This document shows, in pieces, positions 16,514 to 26,938 of a DNA stretch of 64,000 nucleotides. Origin of the DNA: Alistipes sp. (GTDB lineage: Bacteria > Bacteroidota > Bacteroidia > Bacteroidales > Rikenellaceae). Position numbers and translations under genes: made by a program. The stretch spans positions 567 through 64,566 of the forward strand of contig JAHHQN010000011.1 of NCBI GenBank assembly GCA_020026375.1, given 5' to 3'. Position 1 is the first letter of the stretch; the number at the start of each line of letters is the position of its first letter. A model generated the notes under the pieces. It ran no database searches. It saw nothing but the letters and a program-made list of their open reading frames with translations, and was not told the origin of the DNA.

Positions 16514-18849
16514 CAAAGAAAAACAAAACCACACGCTCCACCGGTGGAGCAAAGAGAGACGACCGCGCGGCCATGATTCTGAGCCTGTTCAGAGAGTCTC
16601 CCAACAACAAATTCTCGCTCAAGCACCTGGCTTCGGCTTCGGGCGGAGCCACCAAGGAAGGTCGTCGCGAGACCCTCGCCATACTCGACCGCCTCTTCGA
16701 GGAAGGTATCGTCGAGGAGTGCTCGCGCGAGAAATACCGCCTCACCCAGCAGCACCTGCCCCACTACGAGGGCATTGCCGACATGACCTCCAAGGGTTCG
16801 ATTTACGTGAGGGTCGAGGGTCTGGAGAACGACATCTTCGTCGACCAGCGCAACACATCGAACGCCCTGAACGGCGACAAGGTGGAGGTGGCCGTGGTGA
16901 TGAAGGAGCGCAGCGGCCAGATGAAGGGCGAAATCGTCCGCATCGTGGAGCGCTGCCGCAAGCCCTATGTGGGTGTTGCGGAGGTGGGCGCCCACCAGAT
17001 TTTCGTACGCCCCGACTCGCGCCGCATGCCCATGGACATCTACCTGCCCAAAAGCCAGTATCCCGAGGTGAAGGACCGCGAGAAGGTGGTGGTGCGCATC
17101 GTCGACTGGACCCCCGGCAGCAAGAGCCCCGTGGGCGAGCTGGTCGAGGTGCTGGGCATGGCCGGCGAGAACGACACCGAGATGCACTCCATATTGGCCG
17201 AATACGAACTCCCCTACCGCTTCGAGAAGGAGGTCGAGGAGGCGGCCGAGCATCTCGACGGCAAGATTACACAGAAGGAAATCGACTCGCGCCGCAACTT
17301 CATCGACGTGCCGACCTTCACGGTCGACCCGGCCGATGCCAAGGACTTCGACGACGCGCTGTCGGTCAGAAAGGTCGGCGACGGAGTATGGGAAATCGGT
17401 GTGCATATCGCCGACGTGTCGTACTATGTGCGCCCCCACTCCATCATCGACGACGAGGCACTCTCGCGCGGTACGTCGGTCTATCTGGTCGACCGCACCG
17501 TGCCGATGCTGCCCGAACGACTCTGCAACGAACTCTGTTCGCTGCGTCCGCATGAGAACAGCCTGAGCTTCTCGGCCGTGTTCACCATCAACGAGAACCT
17601 CGATATCCTCGACGAGTGGTTCGGCCGCACGGTCATTCACTCCGACCGCCGTTTCACCTACGCCGAGGCGCAGGAGATTATCGAGACCGGCAAGGGCGAC
17701 TATGCCGAGGAGATTCTCACGCTCAACCGTCTGGCACAGGGTCTGCGCGCCCAGCGTTTCAAGAACGGCGCCGTGTCGTTCGAGCGCGAGGAGATGAAGT
17801 TCAAGCTCGACGAGTCGGGACACCCCGTGGGCGTCTACTTCAAGGTGCAGCAGGAGGCCAACCAGATGATCGAGGAGTTCATGCTGCTGGCCAACCGCCG
17901 TGTGGCCGACTTCTGCGGCCACCGCATGAGCGACCACGGCCGCCGCGTCAAGCGCACGATGGTCTACCGTGTCCACGACACCCCCGACGAGGAGAAGCTC
18001 GAGCGTTTCCGTCAGTTCATTCTCCGCTTCGGCCACATCTTCAAGGCCACCAAGGGACGTGCCGTGACCAAGGAGATGAACAAGCTCTTCAAGCAAATCA
18101 AGGGTTCGACCGAGGAGAACGCCGTGACCACGATGGCCGTGCGCTCGATGGCCAAGGCCTTCTACACCACCGACAACATCGGCCACTACGGTCTGGCATT
18201 CAGCGACTACACCCACTTCACCTCACCCATTCGCCGCTACCCCGACGTGATGGTCCACCGCATTCTGGCCCACTACCTGTCGGGCGGCAAGTCGGTGGAC
18301 AAGGAGTCGCTCGAGGGACTCTGCCAGCACTCCTCCGACCGTGAGGTGGTGGCTGCCGAGGCAGAGCGCGCATCGATCAAGTACAAGATGGTGGAGTTCA
18401 TGAACGACCATCTGGGCGAGGAGTTCGACGGCCATGTGTCGGGACTCACCGAATGGGGCGTCTATGTCGAGCTGGAGGAGACCCACATCGAGGGTATGTC
18501 GTTCCTGCGCGACATCGCCGGCGACTTCTTCGAGTTCAATCCCGAGCAGTATGAGATGGTCGGCCGTTCGTCGGGTCTGCGCCTGACGCTGGGCGACCCC
18601 GTGAGAGTGAGGGTCAAGAACGCCGATCTGCAAAAGCGTCAGCTCGACTTCGAGCTGCTCCTGCCCCAGTTGCAGGGCCGCGAGGGCGAGGAGGGCAAAC
18701 GCCGCCGCTTCACCCCCCGCGCCTCGAAAAACAGCCGCAAAGAGAGAGGCGAGCGCCCCAGCCGCGCTCCCAAGGGCGAGAAACCGCAACGCGAAAATGA
18801 GGGTCGTGGCGACAAGTCGAAACGTTCGTCACGCAAAAGAAGACGATAA
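16510..18849 (+). CDS. rnr: Ribonuclease R
   Basis: 779 aa. RNB domain (DPADAKDFDDALS, YLVDRTVPMLPERLCNELCSL, HFTSPIRRYPD), an S1 domain and a very basic K/R/E tail. The start overlaps the upstream stop (ATGA). Confidence 0.96.
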   Translation: MTKKNKTTRSTGGAKRDDRAAMILSLFRESPNNKFSLKHLASASGGATKEGRRETLAILDRLFEEGIVEECSREKYRLTQQHLPHYEGIADMTSKGSIYVRVEGLENDIFVDQRNTSNALNGDKVEVAVVMKERSGQMKGEIVRIVERCRKPYVGVAEVGAHQIFVRPDSRRMPMDIYLPKSQYPEVKDREKVVVRIVDWTPGSKSPVGELVEVLGMAGENDTEMHSILAEYELPYRFEKEVEEAAEHLDGKITQKEIDSRRNFIDVPTFTVDPADAKDFDDALSVRKVGDGVWEIGVHIADVSYYVRPHSIIDDEALSRGTSVYLVDRTVPMLPERLCNELCSLRPHENSLSFSAVFTINENLDILDEWFGRTVIHSDRRFTYAEAQEIIETGKGDYAEEILTLNRLAQGLRAQRFKNGAVSFEREEMKFKLDESGHPVGVYFKVQQEANQMIEEFMLLANRRVADFCGHRMSDHGRRVKRTMVYRVHDTPDEEKLERFRQFILRFGHIFKATKGRAVTKEMNKLFKQIKGSTEENAVTTMAVRSMAKAFYTTDNIGHYGLAFSDYTHFTSPIRRYPDVMVHRILAHYLSGGKSVDKESLEGLCQHSSDREVVAAEAERASIKYKMVEFMNDHLGEEFDGHVSGLTEWGVYVELEETHIEGMSFLRDIAGDFFEFNPEQYEMVGRSSGLRLTLGDPVRVRVKNADLQKRQLDFELLLPQLQGREGEEGKRRRFTPRASKNSRKERGERPSRAPKGEKPQRENEGRGDKSKRSSRKRRR

Positions 18850-18870
18850 CCCTCCGCTTCCATCAAATGC

Positions 18871-18906
18871 AAAAAGAGAGCGACCATGAGGTCGCTCTCT
18901 TTTTTT
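18871..18906. terminator. Bidirectional rho-independent terminator between rnr and the convergent PH-domain gene
   Basis: AAAA-AGAGAGCGACC-ATGA-GGTCGCTCTCT-TTTTTT. Perfect 11-bp stem flanked by an A-run and a T-run. Confidence 0.75.
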
Positions 18907-18958
18907 GGGGCTGACATACCCTTTTTGTGCCGTGGCGGCACCCCTGCAAGGCCGCAGC

Positions 18959-19333
18959 CTACAACACATGGTCGGCCAGCACACGCTGCAACTCCAGCGC
19001 GTTGACGTCCTTGCCCAACTTCTGCTCCAAAGGCTGCTCGCACCCCTTGATCCAGATTTTAAGGTCGGAATCCATGTCGAACGTGCCGGCCGTCTCCACC
19101 GAGAAACGCACCACCGAACCGTAGGGTATCGACTGATACTCGCGTTTCTTGCCCGTCACGCCCTGCACGTCCTGAAGTATGACGCGCTTGTTGGTGAAGA
19201 TCCACTTGTCGCGAATGAGGCGGTAGGCCTTTTCGATTTTCTCGCCACTGCACAACAGGGGTCCGTACTCCTCCTGCAGTTTTTCGATGCTCATCTCCGA
19301 CGAGTTGCCGAAGATGGTGTTGATAAGTCCCAT
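18959..19333 (-). CDS. Small bacterial PH-domain-like protein
   Basis: ATG at 19333 gives MGLINTIFGNSSEMSIEKLQEEYG..., 124 aa. The pattern KIEKAYRLIRDKWIFTNKRVILQD...IPYGSVVRFSVET resembles bacterial PH (bPH) domains. The track ORF is extended to 19396. Confidence 0.6.
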   Translation of the reverse strand: MGLINTIFGNSSEMSIEKLQEEYGPLLCSGEKIEKAYRLIRDKWIFTNKRVILQDVQGVTGKKREYQSIPYGSVVRFSVETAGTFDMDSDLKIWIKGCEQPLEQKLGKDVNALELQRVLADHVL

Positions 19334-19357
19334 AGTATTTCTATTTTGGCATAATGC

Positions 19358-19393
19358 AAAAAAAGAGGGTCTGTCGTCAGTGGCAGGCCCTCT
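19358..19393 (-). terminator. Rho-independent terminator of the V-ATPase operon
   Basis: Stem AGAGGGCCTG/CAGACCCTCT with one mismatch. On the minus strand it is followed by T7 (plus-strand A-run 19358-19364). Confidence 0.6.
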
Positions 19394-19427
19394 CATTTTC
19401 GAAGTTTTATATCTCTTAAGACCCGAA

Positions 19428-19874
19428 TTAAGCGATTGCCGAGTTAATCAGGAACACGGCAGCCACGGTCAAGATGGCATACAACTCGGGGAAAGCGGCC
19501 AGAATCAGGGTCTTACCCATCACGTCGTGACCGTTACCGATGGCAGCGATACCGTTGGCGCAAATCTTTGCCTGATAGTACGACGAACCGAGGCAGACAA
19601 CACCCATCAGCAGACCGGCACCGAAGATGGCGGCACCCTGCATGAGTGTAATTTCGGGAGTGATGGCACCCAGCATGAGGAAGAAGCCCACGAAACCGTA
19701 GAGACCCTGAGAACCGGGAACGGCCGAGAGAATCATGTAGCTACCGAACGCGTTGCCGTTCTTCTTCATGGCACCGACAGCAGCCTGTCCTGCGATAGAG
19801 GTACCGACACAAGATGCCAAACCTGCAAGGCCGAGCATGATAGCCAGACCTACGTAAGCCAAAATAATTTCCAT
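19428..19874 (-). CDS. ntpK: V-type ATPase proteolipid subunit K (c-ring)
   Basis: 148 aa with four hydrophobic helices. Contains PGSQGLYGF and AAFPELYAIL motifs like Enterococcus hirae NtpK. Confidence 0.9.
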   Translation of the reverse strand: MEIILAYVGLAIMLGLAGLASCVGTSIAGQAAVGAMKKNGNAFGSYMILSAVPGSQGLYGFVGFFLMLGAITPEITLMQGAAIFGAGLLMGVVCLGSSYYQAKICANGIAAIGNGHDVMGKTLILAAFPELYAILTVAAVFLINSAIA

Positions 19875-19917
19875 AGTAGTAATTGATTAATTGTTTGTTA
19901 TTGTTTTTCTATAAATT

Positions 19918-21747
19918 TTAGTCTTCTTTATCCATTTTACGTAACGGATTGAACGCGCGTGTGGCCATCTCGAAACCGGCGTTCTTGTAGAACTCCACAA
20001 ACGTCAGACGCATGGGGTGGACGAACGACGAAATGACCGACATGAAGAGGTTGATACCGTGGCCGATGAGCAGCACGGGGAGCATGATGAGGATTCGCAC
20101 CACGATGTTGGCACCCTCGGGAACGAAACCTGCGGCCAAATCGTTGAACACGATGGCCAGGATACCGCCCGACAGACCGATGGCAAACAGACGAATGTAG
20201 GACAGCACATCGGAGAGGATACCGGTGATGTTGTTATAGGTGTCCCACAGACCCAGACCGAAGTTCAGGAAAACGTTCTTGCCCGGCGAATTGAGGAACA
20301 GCATCATCACCACACCCACACCTGCCACCGCGTAGAACAGCGGCGAAGAGAGCGTGAAGAAGGGAATGACCCAGTTCTCGTTCAACAGCGGCAGACCTCC
20401 GGCGATACTTGCACCGGCCACCACGAGCAGCCAGCCCAAAGTACCGAACGAGTATTTGAATCCGACGGTCGACGAGATGAGCACCACCTTGAGAATCATA
20501 CCGAAGATAATCTGCACGATACCGATGGCCAGCGCCCATGTGAAGAAGTACTTCTGGAAGTCGATGGGGGGATTGCTGAAAATCTGGAGACCGAAGGCCG
20601 AACCGCACAACAGTCCGAAGACGGTGGTCATCAGACCGCAGAGGGTGGCGAACCACGCCGCCTGATACATCGTCGTACCCTTCTTGTTGCCCCTGACCAT
20701 CCACAGACCCAGCAGGGTGAGGACGGCACCATAGCCGGCATCGTTGAGACAGATGCCGAAGAAGAGCATGTAGAACGGTGCGAAGAACGGGGTGAGGTCG
20801 ATGGAGCCGTACTTGGGACGGGCATACATGTCGCCCACAAACTCGAAGATGTGGGAGAACCAGTTGTTCTTCAGCTTCACGGGGGTGTCGTCCTCCTCCG
20901 AGGGTTTATCCTTGAGGTAGACCACATTGGGGTATTCGTCGAGCAGGGCATCGACCTTGTCCGAAGTCTCCTCCTCGGCCCAGCCCTCCATGACGAGCAG
21001 GCGGCCGTCGGCAGCCGAAACGGCCGTCGAGGTGACCTTCACACCCTGAAGACGCTCCTTGAGCGAGGCGCAATGTGCCTTGATGAGCTGCTCCGAAGCG
21101 GCCACTCTCGAGAACTCCTTGTCGAGGGTCGCCATGCGACGGCGGCACTCGGCAATCTCCTGCTCCGCACCGCGGATATCCGTCTTGGGCGACTTCATCT
21201 CCTGTGCGTCGAGCGACACCTCCTGACCGGGAGCCGTCACCACCACGAACCACACCATGGCATCGCTACGGTTGATTTCGGCTATGGTGTAGTTCTGCGA
21301 CCACTCCTCCAGCGACTTGTCGAAGGTGCTGCGCTGGGTCGAGAAGTAACGCAGGACAATGCCCTTGCGTGCCATCTTCTCGGTGCGCTCCACATCGAAA
21401 GCACCCCACGGGCGCAACTCGTCGGCGAGCTTCTCGAGACGTGCAATCTCGGTCGAGAGCTGCTGTGCCTCGCGGCGTGCCGACTCGTAGGCCTCGTAGG
21501 CCTCCTCACCGTCGGCATAGGGCGCAGCCTTTGTGTCGCAACGCTCCTCATCGGCGCGGAACGAGGTGATGAAATCGGCGGCCTTCTGATGGCCTTCGAT
21601 ATCGATGAGCAACTGGCGGTCACCCTCGGAGGGTTCCCAGCCCGATGTGGTGATATCGACCAGACCCAACTCGCGCAGCCGTTCGATGAAATCCTCACTT
21701 TGTGCGGCATACAGCACAAAGTTGTATTTAGCCATTTTTGCTATCAT
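19918..21747 (-). CDS. ntpI: V-type ATPase subunit I (a-subunit, stator/channel)
   Basis: 609 aa. Soluble coiled N-terminal half and polytopic C-terminal half with the conserved LSYIRLFAIGL arginine helix. An alternative ATG exists at 21735. Confidence 0.9.
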   Translation of the reverse strand: MIAKMAKYNFVLYAAQSEDFIERLRELGLVDITTSGWEPSEGDRQLLIDIEGHQKAADFITSFRADEERCDTKAAPYADGEEAYEAYESARREAQQLSTEIARLEKLADELRPWGAFDVERTEKMARKGIVLRYFSTQRSTFDKSLEEWSQNYTIAEINRSDAMVWFVVVTAPGQEVSLDAQEMKSPKTDIRGAEQEIAECRRRMATLDKEFSRVAASEQLIKAHCASLKERLQGVKVTSTAVSAADGRLLVMEGWAEEETSDKVDALLDEYPNVVYLKDKPSEEDDTPVKLKNNWFSHIFEFVGDMYARPKYGSIDLTPFFAPFYMLFFGICLNDAGYGAVLTLLGLWMVRGNKKGTTMYQAAWFATLCGLMTTVFGLLCGSAFGLQIFSNPPIDFQKYFFTWALAIGIVQIIFGMILKVVLISSTVGFKYSFGTLGWLLVVAGASIAGGLPLLNENWVIPFFTLSSPLFYAVAGVGVVMMLFLNSPGKNVFLNFGLGLWDTYNNITGILSDVLSYIRLFAIGLSGGILAIVFNDLAAGFVPEGANIVVRILIMLPVLLIGHGINLFMSVISSFVHPMRLTFVEFYKNAGFEMATRAFNPLRKMDKED

Positions 21748-22352
21748 AACATTGCGCCCTCCCCGGCTTGCTGTTGTTTGGTTTTCACAATCTTCTGGGC
21801 AGACTTCGAGAGGTTCTCCTCGTCTTCCATGAAGCGTTTGATTTTACGTATGGCGTCCTCGTAACCGGGAATCTGAACCTTCTCGTACAAGTTCACCTTC
21901 TGAGTCGTCTTTCGTCTTGCAAAGTCGAGCAGTTCCATCTTGTGGTTGAATACCTCGTACTCGATGCCCAGCCGCGCCAGGCGCTTGAGGATATCCACTC
22001 CGTCGGCAAACCACACCGGCGAGGAGAACAGGTCGTACTCCTTCTCGGCGAATTTCACCTCCTGCAAAACGGGTGTGCGCACACCGGCAATCTTCTGAAT
22101 GGTCAGGTCGACGTCCTCTATGCGCACAAGGTCACCATCAAACTCCCCCCAGAGCGCCACCATGTAGTCGTACTCAGCCTTGAGGGCCTCGAGCCGACGC
22201 AGGTAGTCGTTCGCGGAGTCCTTCGCCTTCTTGACCTCGGAGCGCAGGGCCGACTCCTTACTCTTGATGGTAGGGAGGGCCTTCTGGCGCATCTTGAGCT
22301 GTTTGCCGAGTTCGCCGAGCGAAGTCTTGTTATACTGGAATTTGATTGCCAT
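21744..22352 (-). CDS. ntpD: V-type ATPase subunit D (central stalk)
   Basis: 202 aa. Long coiled-coil N- and C-termini. Position between B and I. 4-nt overlap with I. Confidence 0.88.
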   Translation of the reverse strand: MAIKFQYNKTSLGELGKQLKMRQKALPTIKSKESALRSEVKKAKDSANDYLRRLEALKAEYDYMVALWGEFDGDLVRIEDVDLTIQKIAGVRTPVLQEVKFAEKEYDLFSSPVWFADGVDILKRLARLGIEYEVFNHKMELLDFARRKTTQKVNLYEKVQIPGYEDAIRKIKRFMEDEENLSKSAQKIVKTKQQQAGEGAML

Positions 22353-22358
22353 AACTTG

Positions 22359-23678
22359 TTACTCCTTCCAATACTTTTTGATGAGTTCCTCCTTGATGGC
22401 CACCTCCTCCTTGGAGAAGTAGGTCGAGAAGAGCGACCAGGCGGTATCCAACATCTCGGTAATCTCGATGTTGACGTCGATGGCCAGCAGTTTCTCCGAA
22501 TAGTCGTGGGCGAATCTCAGGGTACGCTCATCGTAGTCCGACAAATCGAAACCGTTCTCCAGCTTGGTCTTGGCGTTGGCCGCATCGGCGTAGAGACGCA
22601 CACAGGCATTCATCACCTGGGGGTGGTCCTCACGGGTCTTCTTGCCGATAACCAGCTGCTTGAGTCGCGACAGCGAACGGAACGGGTCGACGATGACCTT
22701 ACCCGTGTCGGAGTCGTTGCGCAGGAAGAGCTGACCCTCGGTGATGTAACCCGTGTTATCGGGAATGGCGTGGGTGATGTCACCGCCCGACAGGGTGGTC
22801 ACGGCGATGATGGTAATCGAACCGCCGTTGGGCAGCTGCACGGCCTTCTCGTAAATCTTGGCCAAATCCGAATAGAGCGAACCGGGCATGGAGTCCTTCG
22901 AAGGAATCTGGTCCATACGGTTCGACACGATGGCCAGCGCATCGGCGTAGAGGGTCATGTCGGTCAGCAGTACCAGCACCTTCTCGCCCTTGTCCACCGC
23001 GAAGTACTCGGCGGCGGTCAGCGCCATGTCGGGAACCAGCAGACGCTCCACGGGAGGATTCTCCGTGGTGTTGACGAACGAGACGATACGGTCCAGCGCG
23101 CCGGCGTTCTCGAACACCGACTTGAAGTAGAGGAAGTCGTCGTTGGTCAGACCCATACCGCCCAGAATAATCTTGTCGGCCTTGGCTCTCAGTGCCACAT
23201 TGGCCATCACGGCGTTGTAGGGCTGGTCGGGGTCGGCGAAGAAGGGAATCTTCTGACCCGTCACGATGGTGTTGTTCAGGTCGATACCCGCGATACCCGT
23301 GGCAATCAGCTCCGAAGGCTGGATACGCTTGAAGGGGTTCACCGTGGGGCCGCCAATCTCGCGGGCCTCGCCCTCAACGGCCTCGCCACCCTCGAGGGGT
23401 TCGCCGTAGGCATTGAAGAAACGGCCGGCCAGATTGTCCGACACCTTCAGCTTGGGTGCCTCGCCGTGGAACACCACCTCGGAGTCGGTGGCCAGACCCT
23501 CGGTTCCGGCAAATACCTGCAGGGTGACGTTCTCACCCATAATCTTCACCACCTGTGCCAGCTTGCCGCCCACGGTTGCGAGTTCGTCGTTACCCACACC
23601 CGACGCCTTGAGCGTGACGGTAGCCTTGGTGATGTTGTCAATCTTAGTATATATCTTTTGAAATGCGCGTGTTGTCAT
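22359..23678 (-). CDS. ntpB: V-type ATPase subunit B (non-catalytic)
   Basis: 439 aa. A/B-family fold. The P-loop position is degenerate, which is typical of B. Confidence 0.95.
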   Translation of the reverse strand: MTTRAFQKIYTKIDNITKATVTLKASGVGNDELATVGGKLAQVVKIMGENVTLQVFAGTEGLATDSEVVFHGEAPKLKVSDNLAGRFFNAYGEPLEGGEAVEGEAREIGGPTVNPFKRIQPSELIATGIAGIDLNNTIVTGQKIPFFADPDQPYNAVMANVALRAKADKIILGGMGLTNDDFLYFKSVFENAGALDRIVSFVNTTENPPVERLLVPDMALTAAEYFAVDKGEKVLVLLTDMTLYADALAIVSNRMDQIPSKDSMPGSLYSDLAKIYEKAVQLPNGGSITIIAVTTLSGGDITHAIPDNTGYITEGQLFLRNDSDTGKVIVDPFRSLSRLKQLVIGKKTREDHPQVMNACVRLYADAANAKTKLENGFDLSDYDERTLRFAHDYSEKLLAIDVNIEITEMLDTAWSLFSTYFSKEEVAIKEELIKKYWKE

Positions 23679-23680
23679 GG

Positions 23681-25435
23681 CTATTTGATTTTTTCACTCA
23701 CAATCTTCTCAATCTGAGTCTTGTAATCCTCGAATTTCTGCGACTGCCACTCCGAGTAGTTCATCTGACGGAAGAGGTTGATCAGCGACTTGAAGAACTG
23801 CGAACACTCCTCAAAATCGGCAAATTCGAACTCCTTGCGGCAGATGTCGAGTACCATGTGGTACATCATCTTCTGACGCTCGATGGGACAGTTGGCATCG
23901 ATATCGTCGAAGGCGTCCTGCTGGAGAATGACGAAGTCGATGAGCTCCGATTTCCAGAAACGCTCGTGGTACTCCACGGGTACACCGTCGTCACCCAGAA
24001 TGTTGATCTGGTCGTTGGCCTCCTTACCGCGCTGCACGATGGTCTTGCCGGCATACACCTCGTCGACCCAGTTCTGGCCGATGTGACCGTCGAGATACTC
24101 CTTGATTTCGGGGTACTCCAGATACTTCGAGTAGGAGTCGAGGGGGTCGATGGCCGGATAACGCTTCGAGTCGGCACGACCCTGAGAGAGGGCATAGAAA
24201 CAACGTGCAGCCTTCTTGGTCGACTCGGTCACCGGCTCCTTGAGGTTACCGCCCGCGGGCGACACCGTACCGAGGAAGGTCACCGAACCGGTCTTGCCGT
24301 TGGTCAGCTTCACCAGACCGGCACGCGAGTAGAAGTTGGAGATGATGGCCGAAAGGTCCATGGGGAAGGCGTCCTGACCGGGCAGCTCCTCCAGACGGTT
24401 CGACATCTCACGCAGGGCCTGCGCCCAACGCGAAGTGGAGTCGGCCATTACCAGCACCTTGAGACCCATGGCGCGGTAGTACTCACCGATAGTCATACCA
24501 GTGTAGACCGAAGCCTCACGCGCGGCAACGGGCATGTTCGAGGTGTTGCAGATGATGATGGTACGCTCCATGAGCTTGTGGCCCGTACGCGAGTCAATCA
24601 GCACGGGGAACTCCTTGAAGATTTCGACCACCTCGTTGGCACGCTCACCGCAGGCCACCATGATGATGATGTCGGCATCGGCCTGTTTCGAGATGGCGTG
24701 CTGCAGCACGGTCTTGCCGGCACCGAACGGGCCGGGGATAAATCCCGTACCGCCCTCGGCCATGGGGTTGAAGGTATCGATGGCGCGCACGCCGGTCTCC
24801 ATCACATGGTAGGGACGGGGTTTCTCGACATAGGCGCGGATAGCCTGCTTCACGGGCCACTTCTGCACCATGGTGATATTGTGTTCGCGGCCTTCGCCAT
24901 CGACCACCACGGCCACCGTGTCGGTCACCTTGTAGGTGCCGGCCTTGGCCACACTCTTCACCGTGTAGGTGTCGGTCATCACGAAGGGGACCATAATCTT
25001 GTGCATCACCCACTGCTCCTTGACTTCACCCAGCCACGAGGCGGCCGACACCTTGTCGCCCTCCTTGGCCAGCGGAGTGAACTCCCACTCCTTGTCGTAG
25101 TCGATGGGATCGGTCATCGAACCGCGCTTGATGAAGAGGCCGTCCATCTTCTCGAGGTCGTTCTGCAGACCGTCGTAGTTGCGCGACAACATGCCCGGAG
25201 CCAGTGTTGCCTCCAGCATGTGGCCCTCGAACTCCACACGGTCACCGATTTTCAGACCGCGGGTACTGTCAAAAACCTGGACATAGGCCGCATCACCTAT
25301 GACTTTGATGACCTCGGCCATCATTTTTGTATCACCGGTATATACGAAGCAGATCTCATTCTGGCCGACAGCGCCGTCAGCCTTCACAATGACGATGTTC
25401 GAGATGATACCGTTTACACGTCCTGTAGTTTTCAT
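23681..25435 (-). CDS. ntpA: V-type ATPase catalytic subunit A
   Basis: 584 aa. Walker A GPFGAGKT, plus the non-homologous insert typical of A subunits. Confidence 0.96.
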   Translation of the reverse strand: MKTTGRVNGIISNIVIVKADGAVGQNEICFVYTGDTKMMAEVIKVIGDAAYVQVFDSTRGLKIGDRVEFEGHMLEATLAPGMLSRNYDGLQNDLEKMDGLFIKRGSMTDPIDYDKEWEFTPLAKEGDKVSAASWLGEVKEQWVMHKIMVPFVMTDTYTVKSVAKAGTYKVTDTVAVVVDGEGREHNITMVQKWPVKQAIRAYVEKPRPYHVMETGVRAIDTFNPMAEGGTGFIPGPFGAGKTVLQHAISKQADADIIIMVACGERANEVVEIFKEFPVLIDSRTGHKLMERTIIICNTSNMPVAAREASVYTGMTIGEYYRAMGLKVLVMADSTSRWAQALREMSNRLEELPGQDAFPMDLSAIISNFYSRAGLVKLTNGKTGSVTFLGTVSPAGGNLKEPVTESTKKAARCFYALSQGRADSKRYPAIDPLDSYSKYLEYPEIKEYLDGHIGQNWVDEVYAGKTIVQRGKEANDQINILGDDGVPVEYHERFWKSELIDFVILQQDAFDDIDANCPIERQKMMYHMVLDICRKEFEFADFEECSQFFKSLINLFRQMNYSEWQSQKFEDYKTQIEKIVSEKIK

Positions 25436-25443
25436 TGTATGTT

Positions 25444-26277
25444 TTATTGTTTATTAATCAACTCCTTGCCGTCGAGTTCGGCGATCAGACGCTCGAACAT
25501 CTCGCGGCCGTGTTTTGCATCGAGCAAAGTCCAGCGTGCCACGATATTGACCCTCACCAGATAAGAGAGTACGGCGTTAATGTCGAAATAGTCGAATGAC
25601 GAAAGCTCCAAGGCTTCGTTCCAACGAATAAGGTCGATTTTATGCTCTTTTTCGAGCAGGTTGCCCTCCTCGCCCACAGCGGCAATCACGCCGTCGATGT
25701 AGGGAAGTTCGCCCCTGAGACCGAAGTCGGCGGCCGAACTCTTCTGCAACTGCTCCACCACGTCGCCCTCGCCCACGGTCACCTCCTCCACGGGACGCGA
25801 CAACTGGCGCGCGGTGACGGCCGCCGTAACGTTTCTGAGGTTGCGATCGAAAACCGCCCACTCTCTCAGGAAACGGCTGGACGCCCCACCGCACAGGCGG
25901 TAGTAGGCCGCGAAGAGCGACTTCTCGAAACGCTGTGCGGTGTCGACCACCTCGGCATCTTCGCCTTCGGGGTCGGCATAGGCACGAAGCACACAGGCCA
26001 GGGCTTCGGGCAGGCGTTTCGGAGACTTCATCTCCTCTTCGAGCTCCTCGCGCGAGAGGTTGCCCAGCGGATTGTGCTGCGAGCGACCCTGACGCAGAGC
26101 TACGATATTCTCACAGTCGTAGTAGCCCAGCAGCAACTCCACCTGACGGGCGTCGCCTGCGGTCACGGCATCGAGAATCTCGGTCACAATGGCACGGGCG
26201 TCGAATCCCTTGGTGTCGGAATCCAGCGCATACTCCTTGAGCCCTGCGACCAGTGTATAATAATCGGTCGTAAACAT
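25444..26277 (-). CDS. DUF2764-like protein (Bacteroidota V-ATPase accessory, presumed C/d-like subunit)
   Basis: 277 aa. Conserved position between E and A in Bacteroidota V-ATPase operons. No other recognisable motif. Confidence 0.7.
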   Translation of the reverse strand: MFTTDYYTLVAGLKEYALDSDTKGFDARAIVTEILDAVTAGDARQVELLLGYYDCENIVALRQGRSQHNPLGNLSREELEEEMKSPKRLPEALACVLRAYADPEGEDAEVVDTAQRFEKSLFAAYYRLCGGASSRFLREWAVFDRNLRNVTAAVTARQLSRPVEEVTVGEGDVVEQLQKSSAADFGLRGELPYIDGVIAAVGEEGNLLEKEHKIDLIRWNEALELSSFDYFDINAVLSYLVRVNIVARWTLLDAKHGREMFERLIAELDGKELINKQ

Positions 26278-26279
26278 AT

Positions 26280-26894
26280 TTACGCCTTAAAAAGCATTTG
26301 AGAAACCTTGTCGCGGAGATACTCCGAGAGGAGTGCCTCGATGTCGGCATCGGCGAACGAGATGTAGAAACCGCCGTCCTTCTCGCCGACCTTGAAACCC
26401 GACTTCACCTCCTTCGAATAGCCCACCTCGATACCGGCAGCCAGCAGCTCCGATGTACACTGGGCAAAAGCCGCATCGAGCGACTGACGCTCGGCCTCGG
26501 GCAGCAGGGTCTTCAACTCCACCTTTCCGGCATCGTTGCCGTTCCAGTTGCGGGCCACAGCCAACAGCATCTCCTTGATGAATCGGGGGTCGATAACCGC
26601 TTCGGCCACACCCTTGCCTGTCGACTTGGCGATAATCAGCGAAGCGATCTCCGACTTGATGCGAGCCACGGCCTGTTTGCCGGCCAGCGTAATCTCGGTC
26701 TGGGTGTTCTTCTCCACATCTTCGGCCTTCGACTGGGCCTTCTTGACAATGGCTTCGGCCTCGCGGTGAGCCTCGGCAATAATCTTTTCAGCTTCGGCCT
26801 TTGCCTCCGAGACCAGTCTGTCGGCTTCGGTGCGACCTTTCTCCAGACCCTCATCGTAGAGTTTCTGAGTCAACTGTTGAAGTTTATTTTCCAT
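26280..26894 (-). CDS. ntpE: V-type ATPase subunit E (peripheral stalk)
   Basis: 204 aa. The N-terminal half is a K/E/A-rich coiled coil (EAKAEAEKIIAEAHREAEAIVKKAQSKAE). First gene of the operon. Confidence 0.85.
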   Translation of the reverse strand: MENKLQQLTQKLYDEGLEKGRTEADRLVSEAKAEAEKIIAEAHREAEAIVKKAQSKAEDVEKNTQTEITLAGKQAVARIKSEIASLIIAKSTGKGVAEAVIDPRFIKEMLLAVARNWNGNDAGKVELKTLLPEAERQSLDAAFAQCTSELLAAGIEVGYSKEVKSGFKVGEKDGGFYISFADADIEALLSEYLRDKVSQMLFKA

Positions 26895-26938
26895 AATAGT
26901 ATATTGGTTTTAATTATTGTTATTCGGTTTAAAACATA

